Origin: Lingula anatina
Lineage: Eukaryota > Animalia > Brachiopoda
DNA: 64,000 bases
Direction of reading: 5' to 3'
Assembly: GCA_051362555.1 (NCBI GenBank)
Contig: CM120649.1
Coordinates: 19,482,567 to 19,546,566 of the forward strand
Shown: positions 13,451-29,100 of the stretch, one piece after another
Layout of the letters: each line of letters starts with the position of its first letter
How positions within the stretch are numbered: the stretch's first letter is position 1
Translations under genes and position numbers: made by a program
Notes under the pieces: generated by a model
Databases searched by the model: none
Told to the model about the DNA's origin: nothing
The model's input: only the letters and a program-made list of their open reading frames with translations

Positions 13451-16400
13451 AGTCTACCTGATAAATGATCAACACAAATAGTTCAATTTCTAGATATTGC
13501 TATGTCAATGGATGGTCTGAGCTAAATCATAGCCTAGGTGTCCCTCATATATAAATTCTCCTACAAATTGATTTTTATCCTAATTGCGCTCCTGTTATTG
13601 CCAATATGTACTTGACATAAAGTATCATAAAAGCTGTAAAATGCATAAATCCCAGAAGTTGGATTAGCAGCTTCAAATTACACATTCATAAAAGGCTCTC
13701 TCACTAATCTCCACCCAAGCATAAAATGGCCGCCATTTCCTCTATGGAGCCTCGGGAATCATCCTGCGCTGACAACTAATGTACTACCAGGAAAAACACA
13801 CTGTCTCGCCAGTCTTCAGAGCTTCGACAATGGCTGACAGACTCATTGAGGCTCAGAAATGGGAAATAAAAGAAAAAAAATGTAGCAGATTATTTCCCAG
13901 AAGTTGTTAGTGATTTTTCAGCAACGTCTTAATGGATGAGGAGTATTATAGCTTGCATGATCAGAGTAATTGTATTTTTCCTATTTGTTATAGCAAATTA
14001 AGCAGAAGGTTAATATGGTTGTTAAAGTAAACATTACTTTGGTGTGTCCCTCAGTAAGTTGCCATAGCAACTAACTTGTATACTTACCTAATATGTGGTA
14101 AGAAAGATCAGAATTACAGAAAAGGGAAGCCACATATTCAACTTGCTGACATGAAAATCTAATACAACAAATCATAAGCAATTCTATAAACAATTCTTTT
14201 TCTGTTAATTAATATATAATCTCTTTGTATTCTTTTGATAGATCCTAGCCATTGTAAGTAAATGTGGTAGTATCAATAAGGAAATAATAATAAATTAATA
14301 GTACTAACTAATCACTCACTAGTGTTAAAGTTGGCATATGAATAAACTTTAACTACTGCGCAGTGTTAACTACATCCTGCAGCGTTTTCTCCACATCACA
14401 ATGGCTGACGACTTCACACCAGCTTGCACACCAAGTTAATGAAATGGAAAAAGTTTTCCACTTATTTCTGGCAAGCTTTCATGATATCATTATGGCTGAC
14501 AAATTTACCACTGTCTGTATTGAGGGTAATGAAGCGAGGAGTGTGGTCTACTTAAGTTTGATAGACATGCTACACAATTTCTTCCATTATGACCTCCATA
14601 AGTAATAGCCAATTTATGCAACAGTGAGTCTTGGCATGGAAGAAAGCATGCTTAAACTTATCTTGGTTTCACGGCCTGTGTAACTTTATCTCTTTATGTT
14701 CTAAGAGACTTCATAAAATAAACTGTAACTCTAAAAGATCATGGCCAAGTTCAGGGCCAATCTAATGTGAGTTTGAGTATCTGTGACTGACCAACCCTCC
14801 CTCCCTCACCACCTGACCAACAACCCCCTATTAAGAAGAGTTCATAAAAATAAAGAAAAAGAAGTCGTTTAATAAACAACCTGTTTTTCAGACTTGGCAA
14901 TAAAGAGGCTCAGATTTCCATCGTACCCTGCTATTTTCCATCCTGGTCCATCTGTCAAAGCCAACCAAGAACAGAGCCAGGAATGTGAACACAACCCACC
15001 GACTGGTAACTCTATCCTGGTGGTAGTCTGTGACATCACAGAGCTTCCACTTCTCTGACTTGACAGTTGGAAGAAAAGGAGACAGAACAACTGAAGAATA
15101 CTGCTGGGTTTGAATTTGGAATGTTTGTTAGGTCTACTCTTTCAGCTCTTTTACTTAAAAACAAATGTAAGGCACATGGAGATTTTTAATGAAATGTGCC
15201 CTACAAAGATGTGTTATTATTATTATTCTTCATTTTTTATTATTCCTGGATGTTTTTAACCTCTGTCACCTTCTGTTTTAACCCCTTTCTTAAACTGATC
15301 AGAATATTTTGACAATGATATACCACACTCCATTTTCTTATAATTTACATAAAAGAAAAACCCGTAAAAGAATAAATTGCAAAGAATACAAGCAACCAAA
15401 TTTCTACAGCTGTAACTACTTCAGAAGTCCGCAAACACATTTCCTGTTTGTGACAAAAGAGAAAAAAATTGCAAACTGTACATATTTGTAATTTGTCACA
15501 AAACAGAGACAGGCAATGACAAATGTAGTCGAGATAATGACATAATTGCAAAGTGTCGTAGGAATTCTTAATAATGGATACATAGTAGTCTGTGTATAAT
15601 TGGGACATTTTAGGGCCAAAAAATCTATCCAAGTTACATGAGGTTTCAAATCAGGTAATGTTCAAAAGTATGAGGTTTCAATCAAATTCATCTGTTCTGC
15701 ATAATTTGTTTATAAAAAGCAATCACTCTCCCCTTCCTCTCAGTCCTTAGAATCTGACATGACTGACTTCATTCTTTTTTTTTCTCAGACTTCTCCAATG
15801 TTTTTTAACTATTAATTATGATACCTACATGTCAAAAGTAAGATAAGAAATGCAAAATATATGAAATTAGTTTAACAAAGTGATACATGTTAAATACATC
15901 ATGACGTATATCCATGCAACCAATACTATATAATATAATATGTATTTCCATATAATGCCACTAGATTATCACAATGCCAAAGGACTTTCATATGCCTTAA
16001 AAACACAGGGCAATAAATATAGATTAGTGAGTGGAAGAGAAACGCGTTTAAAACCTAATCAACAATCATCAATCACTTCACTGTTGTGACATTTCCAGTG
16101 CCTAGAGTTCACTCGTACTCAATACTTGACTTAACCTGCTGCCCTTCCCCTGCCTCCTAATGTTTAAGCTGTTTTTGACTTGTTCTTGTACACCCTTTCT
16201 TGAGTGCATGCAGAAAGCTACAGTAACTGCGACAGCCCTTTGGGACAAAATATACTGTTGTCTCAACACCACAACTTTCTGTTCTGAACTGTGTTTACCT
16301 GTTTTTCTACTGTACACTGATGTTTTCTTTGACCTAAATTGATAAGCATCTTTCACAAGAGGTAACTTTTACCAGGAAGATCTTATATATTATACACTCT

Positions 16401-16961
16401 AGTCTAATTTTGTAATATACAAATGCCCGCAAGGCATGCTGACATGGATGCATGCTCTTGAAAGCGCATGCACATATAAATCTGCACTGCCTTCATATTT
16501 AAGGTTACTTAAATTCACAGCACATTTCACAACCAAGGTGATTTTTCATTATTTTAACTTTTTGGAAGAGCTCCAGTGTGGGCTGAACTTTTTCAGCACT
16601 TCATTTTAAGGACCTGCCTTTATTTTGCTACTTAACCATTTTGAAACTGCACTTTACTGCCATTAATTTTTTTAGAAACTAGAAGTGTGCTTCTATAATT
16701 TGACTTCCTCCACAAAAACTCCAGCTCTGACTTCATCCTATCAACGTAACCTTTTAATCTGAAGCTGGATTTTTCTGGTCTCTTCTGGCTGAGTTGTTTT
16801 AAACTTGCATTCCTTCAACAACATTTGGTTTGCCAAAAAACCAAATGCTTCAAAACATGTCGTCTCAGATTAACTAGTTCATATATTTGAGCCACAAGAC
16901 AGTTTCGTGTAAGTGCTATATACCTGCACGTATTCTTAAAATTTATATGTTGGCACATTCC

Positions 16962-16964
<3 letters not shown>

Positions 16965-17018
<54 letters not shown>

Positions 17019-17040
17019 ATATGTATGAATGTGTGTGTGC
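16965..17040. repeat. (GT)n/(GTAT)n microsatellite
   Basis: Direct reading. Confidence 0.9.
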
Positions 17041-19587
17041 GCGTCACTTCATGGTAGCAGGTATGGGACTATGTCTGGAATGACGACATATAAACAGTCC
17101 GTAAAGAAATGTAAAGAGAACCAACCAGACATAAGACCCAGCCAACACCTTCCTGTGGGAGCATCACCTACCACCTGCAACTTCTGCAGCATGAAATCAA
17201 GAGCACATTCAATCAAGATGATCCACAGACTATGGCCGCATTCTCATCGAGTCGAGCCATGGCTCTACAAAGCCACGACCTTAATATGGCGGACCTACAT
17301 GAAAGGAAAACCAGCTAATCTTTTAATAGTCTCTCCGCCTCTCACATGCCTCCCCATGCGTCATCCCTGCGGGGGTACAGTCATTAAATCTCGGCTCCAT
17401 TGGGACGACACATGGCTGACCCACTTTAAAGCACTGCTGACTAATTCCCTGGTCTCCCCACCTCCACATGCACTGTCACTGTTATGGCCTTACATTTAAG
17501 GGATTTAATCCGTTTAATGGCATATGTGGAAGCGGTGAGACTGCCAGGGAAATAAGGCGTATTGCTGTAAAGTGGGATCAGCCATATTTGGTTGGCAGAT
17601 CAGTTAGTCCGCAGATTGCCTGTCCAAGAGAGTTCATAAAAGGGAAAGACCATTTTATGGAATAAAATTTTTAAACAGACAAAAAAATATGTCATATTTC
17701 AAACCCCAGGTAGCTCATAAATTATTCAATATGCCACAAAACAACTCGGATTACATGCAGCGTGTCATTAACTACATAAGATGTCACTCCGCCCAAATTT
17801 AAGTTCTAGAAACTCAGGCAGACAAGTAAATAGAAGTGTCCTAAGATCTGACACAGCGGAACTCGTGGCATGCGTGTTTGTGGAGTACTGAGGCGAAGGA
17901 ATGACTTGTAGGCATGTGATCCACAGAACTTCTTACCTAAGTTGAAGAAAGATCAAAACTGAAAAAGATGTGTCTAATCCACCTGTAACTCTAAATCATG
18001 TTATGTTAGTCATATTAACTGAGAGGCAGAGTAAAAAAAAGATCATGGAAAATTTGAGGGTTATTTTTAGACATCTTGCACATTTTTCGCATTGAAGATC
18101 AAAAGCAGCAGTGACTTGTATATTGCACAGAGATCGACACTCTGTCCACCAAGTTTCAAAAGAGAAACAGTACTTTTAACTATCTCGACATAAATAATGG
18201 CCAAATTCTGCATGACTTGCTTGAACATGATGTATAACAAACATGCACAAGAAATAAACTGGTAAGAAAAGACAGAAGAAGGGCAAAGAAAAAGAAGGAA
18301 AATAGTTGAACTAAACCATACAAAAGTGTCTAGTATCTTGACCCTGGCATAAAGTCACCTGCTTGCTAAAGTATGCGTTGCCCCAGGCCAGTCTGGAGAC
18401 GGTTCAACTGTATAACATCCTTAGGGTCACAGTCTGACGCTGTCCTAAACATTTTACTTTTTCACACTGCCACCTTGACACCAGTGAAACATCATCAGGG
18501 ACCCCAGTATCTATCCTAGCCCCCCCCCCCCCACCCCATCTCTTTCATGTCAAAATTTCATATTCACATAAATAAATTCTTTTATCTGTATTGTTATAAC
18601 ATTCTGCCCATCTATCCCAGACAGCATGTATTCCATTAACAGATAAATAAAATAATTTATCTTTTTCGCTTATTGGGGGAATTCTAACCATAAAAACCTA
18701 TGGCATTTTATCTGTAATATTAAGCGTCTGTACTAAGGTCACCTGCAGTCAGTGCTAGACTGTTGTCATATTTTTTTTAGAGTACAGATAAAAAGTTAGA
18801 TTTATGACGCCATTTTTTTACGTGCTGTCTGTGAGATGGCACTGCACAAATGTTATCATGGAACAGTGACAAACCTTGAACAAGAAATCATGGGATAAAG
18901 GAGTTCTTCATGGTAACAGCCGCTGGGTACTTAGATAACATATACTTTTTTTTATCTATCCAAATTCTTTCAGTGAATTTCAATCATCTTTTTCTATTAT
19001 TACTAAGAACTTTTTGGTGGAGAGAGGGAAGAAAAGGAAATAATTAGCCCATTTTCAAGGATTAAGCTCCTAATTTTCTTAGCAGATCAGTGCATCATGG
19101 GACCCCCTCCCCCTAAAAAAAGGGGGACCAAACACTTATTGTCTACATTATAATAATTGTCAGTGTACCAAGGGAACTTTTTTCCCCCTGAAACATTCTG
19201 CTGGGTAAGTGGGGTTGAAAGGTGGTCTGATCTCCACACACTTTTAGCCTCTTTGTTTTCCAGAAACATTTATTTGCAGTTTAGCTTTCCACATTCCCTG
19301 CAACCCAGGAGAACAGATAGCCGTGTTTACTGACACCTAATTATGACTACCTTGTGTCAGGTGTAATCTTAGCGTGTGTCAACACTCGCGTGTTTTCGTT
19401 GGCCAGGTATATGGATGTTATCTTGCTTTGCACACAAGCGGACTGGGGATTTGGACCAAACTCGCCTCTCCGCAGCTAAGAGAGGTGTATTGTATGCTTC
19501 TTGTGTTTGGTTTGGATGTATTTCTTGCTACATGTGTTGCTGTTCTTCAGAAACTTTTGATATCTATTGATAGTAAACTGATATAGC

Positions 19588-19590
<3 letters not shown>

Positions 19591-19640
<50 letters not shown>

Positions 19641-19736
19641 AAGGGAGAAAAAGAGAGAGAAAGAAAGAGAGAGGGAGAAATAGATAGAGAGGGAGATAGA
19701 GAGAGAGAGAGAGAAAGAGGGAGGGAGAGAGAAAGA
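19591..19736. repeat. (GA)n polypurine tract
   Basis: Direct reading; about 145 bp almost entirely purine. Confidence 0.95.
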
Positions 19737-20623
19737 ACCAGAGCTGATTCCTTTCTAATAAGCCAGTCCCTGATCATTGCCAGACAGGTTACAACAGTAA
19801 CAGCAAGAAAAAGGGGTCTCCTTCAAATAATCCTACAAATTCAGTTTAGAATATGACTCTTAAAAGGACACCTCCCTGGTCTCTGAAGCAAAATGCTTAA
19901 CTCATGACACACCAAACAGAAAAACCACCATTTATCTCCCCCAACCTCTGCCCTCCGTAGCAACTCAACTAAAACCAATGTTTGCCCATCTGATATTCAA
20001 ACATGCAGCTCTCTGGATCAAATGTCAGGTAGTCGGATACTAAATCCTTTTTTTACGCTGACCTAGCTGGTTTTTCACTGAATACAAACAACTTCTACAC
20101 AGCCAACTTGAGTGTTTGTCGCATAGTAATCTCTAGTGGTAAATGGACACAAACAACCTTTTATCACGAACAACAGATACTTCACTTTGAATAGGGAAAA
20201 GAGAACTTAAAAGCTTTTAAGAAACAGTTTACCACATTGTGTTTTTTTAGAGGGTTTAAGAAAAGCACGTTATCTCCTGGTAAATTGACTGGTACTGCCA
20301 CTCTTTTAGTGACAACACAGCAGATAAGATATGTTCTTATGTCCCCTGTAAAACTCTGAATTTAGATCAGTATTTTTAAGGCTACATTGTATTGGATATA
20401 ACATTTTAAAAAGTTAGGCCATTTTTAGAACAGTTATGTTGCTAAACTATGAATACAAAGAGAAAGTGAATCATTTGAATAACTTGCCATGTTTCTCTGA
20501 ATAGCAATGCTAAAAGATACATTGTCTGTCTGTCTGCCTCAAATACAAAACATCTGCATCTACACACAAGTGCACAGCCATGCATGTGCAGACGAGCAAT
20601 TTCTCTCTCTCTCTCCCCCTCTC

Positions 20624-20672
<49 letters not shown>

Positions 20673-21097
20673 AATCCCTTTTCTCCCAAACAAAGAGCTG
20701 AAGGCCACAGGTCTTCAAACACTGACTCATGTCGTCCAGGCAGATGGCACTATCTTCACTATTCTTTCTTCTGGACACCTTTTTATTTCATGGGCAGATG
20801 TTCCATGCAAAAGAACAGCAAGATATATCCATTAAAGATATTAAATAGATATGGGTTATTTTTCTAGCAAATTGATTTCTGATTGTTCTTCAGTCCATGC
20901 TGAACACTGTTCATATGGTTGTGTTTGATTTTGTAGTGCGCCAGATAAAATTATCAGACTCAAATCTCATTTTGGAGAGATCAAAGAGAAATAGTCTCTC
21001 TCTCTCTGTCTTTCTTTCTTTCTCTCTCTCTCTCTCACACACATACACACATAAATTGTCAATCTGCCATAAAATGACAAAGTTATAAGACAGGTTG

Positions 21098-21150
<53 letters not shown>

Positions 21151-21412
21151 AAATAAATAAATTATCAATTTGCCACAAAAAAGCAACCAGTTATAAGTCA
21201 GGACAGAACTGGTCACCACCAAACAGCCCACACACCTGGTCACACACCTGTTCTGTCACCTACAGGACATACCAATGACAAACACTGCACCCCAGTGACA
21301 TCAAACACTGTCACACTACAACCACATCCTTCCTTTGACTAAATGTCCTCTGTCTCTTAACTCTCCTAAACAGTTGACACTGGGCCGACTGGTTTGTAAC
21401 AGGACGAACTTA

Positions 21413-21627
21413 GGCTGTATTCCCAGAGCTTTTAGATCGATCTATCCACACGGGGAGTCTCACTAGATTACTGTCAGATAATTTGGCTTAAATGTCCGTC
21501 CCTCCTACTTCAAGCTGTAAGGGGGTAATTAACTTTCGTGTCCGCTCGGCTGACAGCTATTTAGCGTGAATCTCTAGGGAGTTAGGTCGATCTAAAGTAG
21601 ATCAATCTAATCTCTGGAAATGGGGTC
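21413..21627 (+). mobile_element. MITE family A (~215 bp; PIF/Harbinger-like, TWA TSD)
   Basis: GGCTGTATTCCCAGAG...CTCTGGAAATGGGGTC imperfect TIRs flanked by TTA/TTA; near-identical copies elsewhere in the window. Confidence 0.85.
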
Positions 21628-21866
21628 TTAGATTGTGTTTTTGGACAGTTGTCTGTATTGGTGGAAATGACTCCAGTTTTCTTGATACCAGTGTTGTCAC
21701 AGTCATTTCCTTCACCTCGGCTCTTATCCCATATCATGTTTACAGGGACAAATGGTTACAAATATGGTTTGAAAACGGAAGGACTAAAATAGAGTTTGGT
21801 TGGTTTTGATAGACCTTTATGATCTGGAACAGTTCTGTACCCTTGGTTTGATGCAGAACTGACTAA

Positions 21867-22101
21867 GGGTACATTCACCATAAAACTATCATACTAGGAA
21901 GATCAATCCAACTCTGCGGAGACTCTTGCTGAATGTAATCAGTTTAACATATTAACACACCTACTCTTTTCCAACATAATTTCTGTCCTCTTCTCCAGGC
22001 CAAGAGGAGGCGTGTTAATCCATTTATCTGACTGCATTCAGCAAGAGTCCCACAGGAGTTGGTTTGAACCATCTAGTATGATAGTTTCATTGTATATGCA
22101 C
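21867..22101. mobile_element. MITE family B copy
   Basis: AAACTATCATACTAG..GATCAATCCAACTC..GACTCTTGCTGAATG / CATTCAGCAAGAGTC..CTAGTATGATAGTTT inverted arms; preceded by TAA. Confidence 0.7.
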
Positions 22102-24873
22102 TATAAAATTGAGTTAAGGATGGCGGACAGTAACAATACTGCTTATTGGTGCCAATTCTGTCTCACAGTGGTAACCCCCCCCCCCCCCCCAGCCCCCATT
22201 ACTCAGTACCATACGCCTTCCAAACACAGTCAATTTCTATCCCCCCAGTGTACTGCAGTATTTTCTCACACTCAACAATAAGCCCAAATTGGGTGCAGTC
22301 CATTTCAATTCCTTACTGAATATATAGTAATTACCCTAGTCAACAGAGCTGATTGGGTATACTTCCCAAAGGAATTATTTGTTAAAGTACCCAAAATTCT
22401 GATACGAAATTTCCGAAATACAGAGTTGGTTGTAGGAAATTCCGAATACATACACACAAAAGAGCTGTGGGAAGGCAATGTTTTTTAGTAATCTAAGGCA
22501 TATAATGGTTTATTGAATAGTTTATGACATGATCTTTGAAAGAAGGGAATTGTCTGAAAAGTGTCATTATTACCAAAATCAGACACAGTTGACAAGGTTA
22601 ATGGAGTGTCACCACCCAAAAGACTATCATCACACAGCCAATGTTAATTGCACACTTCCACAAATTTCCTTTTGTTTAATTGATTTCAGTTGAACTGCCA
22701 CACCTCTCCAAGTAAATAACTTCAAAGCAAACCAGACAATTAATTCAACTGTTTTTTACAAACTGTTTTCCTATATTAACTACCATATTCTATATTGATG
22801 TCACTTGATGGCACAATGGAAGAAATAATGTCCTTCTGCAAGACCCCAGTACTGACATGGGCTAACAAGAAAACCCTTCAAATAAGCTAACCAAATTGTA
22901 CGCGCAATGTCAACTGAGCCTAACAGTAAAGTACACTACAGTCATCTCCAGTTCTAAGCCGCGTGTACAGTAGCCGTCTGTTGTATGTTTTACCTCAATA
23001 CTGCCTAGATTGTTCTGTATACACTCGCTTTGTTGACTTTCTTACTTCCAAAGTACCCGACCCCGCGTTGACTCTGAGCTGTCAACAGACGTCATTGTCA
23101 TCCAGTATTGATCAAAACGAACTGGGACCAACATTCATCATTGGTGTTTGGCCTTTGGCTTCTCCGCAGTTGACAAAAAAATTCATTTTGCTCCCGAGAC
23201 TTCAAATTATATTTAATTATTCATGTACATAAGCATGAACACTTTTGTTATTGATATTTTGTTGTTGGACTTGTAAAGCTAAATCTCTATCACAAATTGC
23301 CAATAACATCCATTTTAGAATAAAAAGAAACAGTTATACAATGTGGTTTATTTGCAAATCTTATCCTAATATTTTTCACCCAATGTTGCAGTTAGGAAAA
23401 ATTCTCTACGTTTACAGCAGTGAATGTACAAATAATGCACCAGCATAAAGACAGAGGCTAAGTTTTTTACAATCCCCCCCCCTCCACCATTTTATAGCCC
23501 AGTTAACTAATATGTCATGGTTAGATAACAAACAATATCAGGTGTGTGTTGATTGGTTCTAAGCTAAACTGTCATAAGTTGTCTGGAAACTTGCCTCATC
23601 TTGCACCATCCAGTGAACCAGAGAGAGACCAGCCCATGGAAACAGTTCACTTTTTTGCACAAATCTTGTTAAATCAAGAAAAACAATCTCTTTCTTCTCA
23701 GAAATCATTGCTCGATGCACTCAGATCCCATGTTTTATATTATTTCGAATCAAGTAATTTAGTCCTAAATGTCTGGCTAGCCATTTAGGCTGTTACGCCT
23801 TCCTGTACATAGAAGAAGGAATTGTCAGCCTCATATACTTTTTATTTAACAAGTTTGATCATTTTTAGGTCTAAATTGGAAATATAAAGCAGGACATGTA
23901 GACATACAAAATATGACTTTGGGACATTAAAGTGTCTAGAACATAGCTGTACAGGTCAGACTGTATACAACCAACTTTTCTACCTCAATCCCCGTAGCTT
24001 GCCATTCATCGTCAAACAATTACAATGATAACATCTGATGGATGATGAAATTTGCACTCTAATTGACTAAATTGGAGTAAGAAAAACTATAGCTTCAGCC
24101 TCTTGAACTAGCTCTCTTCTGGCAACCTGTCGGAACAGAAGAAACACTAATGGAAGTTGTTGGGCAAGACACCCTCAGAGTCAAAATGAACCTAATCTAG
24201 TAGCCTAAAAACCCAGGAGACAAAACTCATGATTGATTTTTATCTCAGTTCCTCAAGAAACCATTTTCTCTTCTGCCTCATTGATTTTTGCCTGTGATGC
24301 CCTAACAGTAAGGATAGCCAGCTTCCCACTGGCAACAATTCTTTTAAAGGCAGGGTGAAAAAAAACTTTTTAAAGCTGACTCAATAATAAATTAGGAAAA
24401 ACGTTTGCAGGTCACATACTTTTGATCATTTTGCTTTAACCAGTGAGTTCAAAACATTTCTGTCAAAAAGAAAAGTTAGAAAAAGATAACTAAAATATTG
24501 TTTCCTTTATCAAAATCAGTTGTATATATAATGTCACAGACAATGAAAACACACACACCAAACCCAAAAAGGATATTCAGCCCACATACTGTTCAAATCT
24601 CTCCATGGACATATAAGCAAAGCAGGATACTTTGCTTTGGCTGTGATCTGAATACAGAGCCTCACATTTGTATTCCTTTAATAATTCCACCACTCCGAGA
24701 TTATATGCAAGGCTCTCTGTATGGAAACATGCACTGTCGTGGACTTGGTGTTAGAGAGAGAGAGAGAGAGAGAGAGAGATGAAGGGAGGGGGGCATCAAA
24801 CATATCAACATTTTCAGTGATTGATCTTAAACATATCTATTGGTGGAGACATTGTTCTTTTTTTGTCACTTAC

Positions 24874-25050
24874 CCTGAAACTGTTTTGCACTGGATGTGA
24901 CCAAATTTTTCAGGTAAGAATTAGTAATTTTGACAACTTCTTCCAAATCTTTTTCAGCCGCCTTCAAGTATTTTCTCTCCATAGCGCGATTACAGCAGCT
25001 CTCCTGCCCTTTGTGTTGCCTCCCTCTGTAGCAAATTTCCATGTCGTCAT
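24874..25050 (-). CDS. GPC5: Glypican exon 2
   Basis: TTTCAG acceptor and GTAAGT donor, 177 nt, phase 1-1. Translates DDDMEICYRGRQHKGQESCCNRAMERKYLKAAEKDLEEVVKITNSYLKNLVTSSAKQFQ, the glypican 'IC...CC...ME' block. Confidence 0.9.
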
Positions 25051-25969
25051 CTGAAAGAAATTATAACATTTTATCATTATTAAACTCTTATTAAACATAA
25101 AACTAAGGGAAAGGGGCAATTTTTTTCCTGGAACAATGTCATTCAAAAATTTAACTGTATTTTCTTAAAACATACATGACCTGATTATAATATATTACAG
25201 AAATAGAGTTAAGGCACACAACAAATGTCATAACCCTCACTTTCATAAAATCTTTCCCCAAAGGGGGAAAGTGACAGAGGGTGGATAGAAGACTTACATA
25301 ATATTCTGTTCTATTGCAGATGGAGCATAACCCTATACAAGCAGTAACATGTATACTGATAAAAATGCTAATCAATTTTTTCAACATGGCAGAGATTGTT
25401 TGAGAAGTGCACCATCTGTTTGTGTAATTAGCAGGCAACTACTGTCACAACTCAGACATTTCTAACTCCTCCATTTTTTGTATTTAAAAATCCTTTTTAA
25501 CAATTTGCCTGCTACACATTTGACAGAAAGTTCCTCATCAGTTTGATAATGTTAATTGGTAAAATATGTCCTTATATCACTTACTTACAATTACTGTGAT
25601 ATAATATCTGTGAGCATTATGATAATTATTAATGTGACAAGAAAATACATGTAAGTTTCATAACAAAGCATTTTTTTGTGACAAAACAAGAGTGAGTAGA
25701 CATTTTGTCAACCAAAACTTTCAATGTGAAACAGTCCTGCATTGATTCTGAACAGAAGATTCAATATGGCTTCACATTTCTCCTCGTTGTTGCTAAGTGA
25801 TACGTAACTGGAAGGCTTAGTTTGATGTGAGCCATCATCTTAATCAGCCACAATCTACAGACTTTGTCAAACCAAGGCAAAGCTGATTATGATGATATTA
25901 CAATAATGTTATTGATCACAAAGTTGGTCTGAAGTTTCCAGACGTTCTATCCATGGTGTGGTGTTTTTA

Positions 25970-26184
25970 GACCCCATTTCCAGAGATTAGATCGTTCTAC
26001 TTTAGGTCGACCTAACTCCCTGGGGGTTCACGCTAAATAGCTGTCAGCCAGCCAGTCACGAAAGTTAATTACCCCCTTACAGCTTGTAGTAGGCGGGACG
26101 GACATTTAAGCCAGATTATCTGACAGTAATCTAGTGAGACTCCCCGCGGGGATAGATCGATCTAAAAGCTCTGGGAATACAGCC
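25970..26184 (-). mobile_element. MITE family A copy
   Basis: Reverse-complement copy flanked by TTA/TTA on the plus strand. Confidence 0.85.
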
Positions 26185-29100
26185 TTATTTTCAGTGAAAA
26201 GTATTGAGTCGTATCTCCACTCAGTCTTGGTAGAGCTTTCCCTGTCTTGAAGACAAGATCATCACTTATGACACCCGGTCTAACCACCGAGTAACCCCCC
26301 CCCCCCCCCCCCCCCCAACACACACACACACACCTGTGAGGCTGAGGGGGGTACAATACCTGAAACTAGGTCAAGCAGTTAGCTTTGAAACCTCATTGAC
26401 AATAAATATCTAAAAAATATCATTTAAAAGTAATTAATAGGTCAACCAAAAGCAGTTTCTTCATGGTAACTTTATACTAATATTTACTCAAGATTGTCTT
26501 TGCTATAATGAAGTCACATGGCCTAAGCTTGACAAATTTTGATGAATTAAATGGCCAGGTTTACCATACCAGGTTAATTCAAAAGCAAAAGAACCAGGTG
26601 AAAAATATAATTACATGATGTAAGATTGCTTCATGGTTCAAATATCCATTAACTCTAAAATAATGGAGACATTTTAAAAGACTATCTTAAATAACGTCAA
26701 TACACAAAATCTGGAACAAGATGCACTGTCCTCCCTCTTCACTTCAATCATAATGACGGTAAAACTTCACTAAAATCTCATATAAGTGGCCTATTTAGCA
26801 GACATTAATGGCAAACCATAGAGCTGCTAAATCCGTTCTTAATTGAATCAAAATCCCATTGGAGGAGCATTAGGCTAGATGGAGTGGGAGATTTCACCTT
26901 GGTCGCACTTGGTAAACCTCATATTAAACAAATTTTAAGGCGTTCTTCAGCACACAAAAATGTACCCAAATAAACATATTCCTCTGAACCAGCAAATCTC
27001 TCCTGGAATTCTATCCAAAAATAAAGTAATAAAGAAACAAATAATCAAATTACTCGTGGGTTCAAATCTAATAAAGAACCTTTGTGTTAGTTTGGGTGTT
27101 TGATGGGAGAGTGCTCTGCATTTATCATTTATACAGATAAAATATTGGAGTCTTTATTCCCCTATATATTAATATTATTATATTTTTCAATAAAGAAATT
27201 AAGTGTAAAAAATAAACAATGGATTCATCAAATGTTTATAATCAACACAAACAAATGCTTTGTGAAATCAATCAAATGCATGAGTAAATCAAACTATTTT
27301 ATTTTAGATACATATAAATATATATAATAAGAAACGCATCCCAAAGTAAATCACAGTCAGCGGTCCAGTGAACCTAGAAGACAGAACTGGTCTTATCATC
27401 AATTATCTAACATATCGCCAGCAGATGGATGCTGCCATTAAGTTAATTGCGCAGTCATTGTGAAGTGTTTTATGGAGTAATGTCCCTGTTCTGTGGATGC
27501 CACAGGCAAAACACCAGCTGAATCAATTCCTGGCTGATTCATCATTTTTTATTGTCTTGAAATTTGTGATTGTGTGTGTGTGTGTGTGTTTGGGGGGGGG
27601 GGGGGGGGGGGGGAGAAGAAAGAGAGAATTAGGACGCATTACTTATACCAGGTTTTGCTGTTATTTAGAAACTTTTGACAGCAGTTGCTTGTTTACTGTT
27701 ATACATTAAAGATAATGTGTGAGAGAGAGAAAATGAGAGAGAGAATATGGCAAACACAACAGAGAATAAATGTACGGATAATGAATAAAGAATGGTGGAC
27801 ATTACATTGGAATGACATAATAACGACTTAATTGCCACTTTACTTTACCAAAACATTAATCCCACCAAGTTGGATCGATCTATGTAGAATGACAGTGTCA
27901 CTAGGAATGAGCTCAAGGACAGACCCAACTGATGACAGGGTAGGGCAGCCATCTTGGGACCAACGCGCTCCACTGCCTCCCTTTATCTCCATAATTGCCC
28001 TCTTATCAAAAGGAAAAGGTGGGCTTTTTCATCCCAAAGGACTTAATAAGAGACCACTGGGAGTTCTGAATGCTTTTTACATAATCTTTAAGTCATGATT
28101 TACTTAGTTGGTCTAGACGAGGCTGGGGTGAGCCTCCGACGAGAGATCCTTGTTAGATAACTTCCAAAGCTTCATCAAAATGAACCAAATCAAGACGAAA
28201 TTTGACACAAATGATATGTTTTATGGACGCAAATATATAACATTTTCTTTGGCCAATTTAGCCAATTTGGTTCAGGTTTATTATGCTGGAATATGTATGG
28301 GTGATGGAGCAACCAGGCGGAGAGCTAGAACTCTCATTTAATGTCACTGAGAGAGATAACATTACTGTAAGTGAATGAGGTGATTTTCTCACAGACAGAA
28401 ATTGGTCATAATGACCAATAAAACTTTTCCCCAGTTTATCTGGTACTGAAATCTGTGGACATCTATGAAAATATTTTTTTAAAAAGATAAAAAATCTTAA
28501 ATTGAAAGAAAAAACAAACACTTTTTCTCCTCTCAACAATCTTAGAGAAAAAGAAGAGAACAAAACTGAACAAAACTTAATTTGACATGACAGTCAGCAA
28601 TAATAAACATTCAAATTCTATGCTGGTATTAGGATTCAGATACTGTGGTCAAATTAAGATAAACTGCCGACAGACAGCAGGCAGACTATTTTCACCTCAA
28701 GCTAGGAGACAGAACCAAAGACTAGCATCAGAGGGTGATGAATAGCTGAAGAGTCTAGACTACATCTCCCTCATCTTGTATCACATGATGTACAGATCCC
28801 ACCAGACAAACTGTTACAGCAAGTTATTTCGAATCAATGTGTTTGTTTGTCTTCTTATTCCCCCGACCCAGCATATAACTGAACAAACATTTAATTCCAA
28901 TCCAAATACTTCCGCTACCGCCATTCTGTCTCCAAACTAGGATTTCTTTTCTTTTTTCTGCCAAACTGAATGTTTCTTTCACAGACTAATCACGAACCCA
29001 CTGCCAAACATCTTCGACAAAAGAAGTAGAAATCAGCTAATTGTTACAAACTCTTGCCAATTACCACACAGAACCATATGAAGCAGAGAATAAGACGGAA

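Noticed and set aside
14869-15090. Exon-like minus-strand ORF in glypican intron 2
   Set aside because: Glypican exons 2 and 3 join in frame without it; weak donor (GTTGTT) and no similarity recognised.
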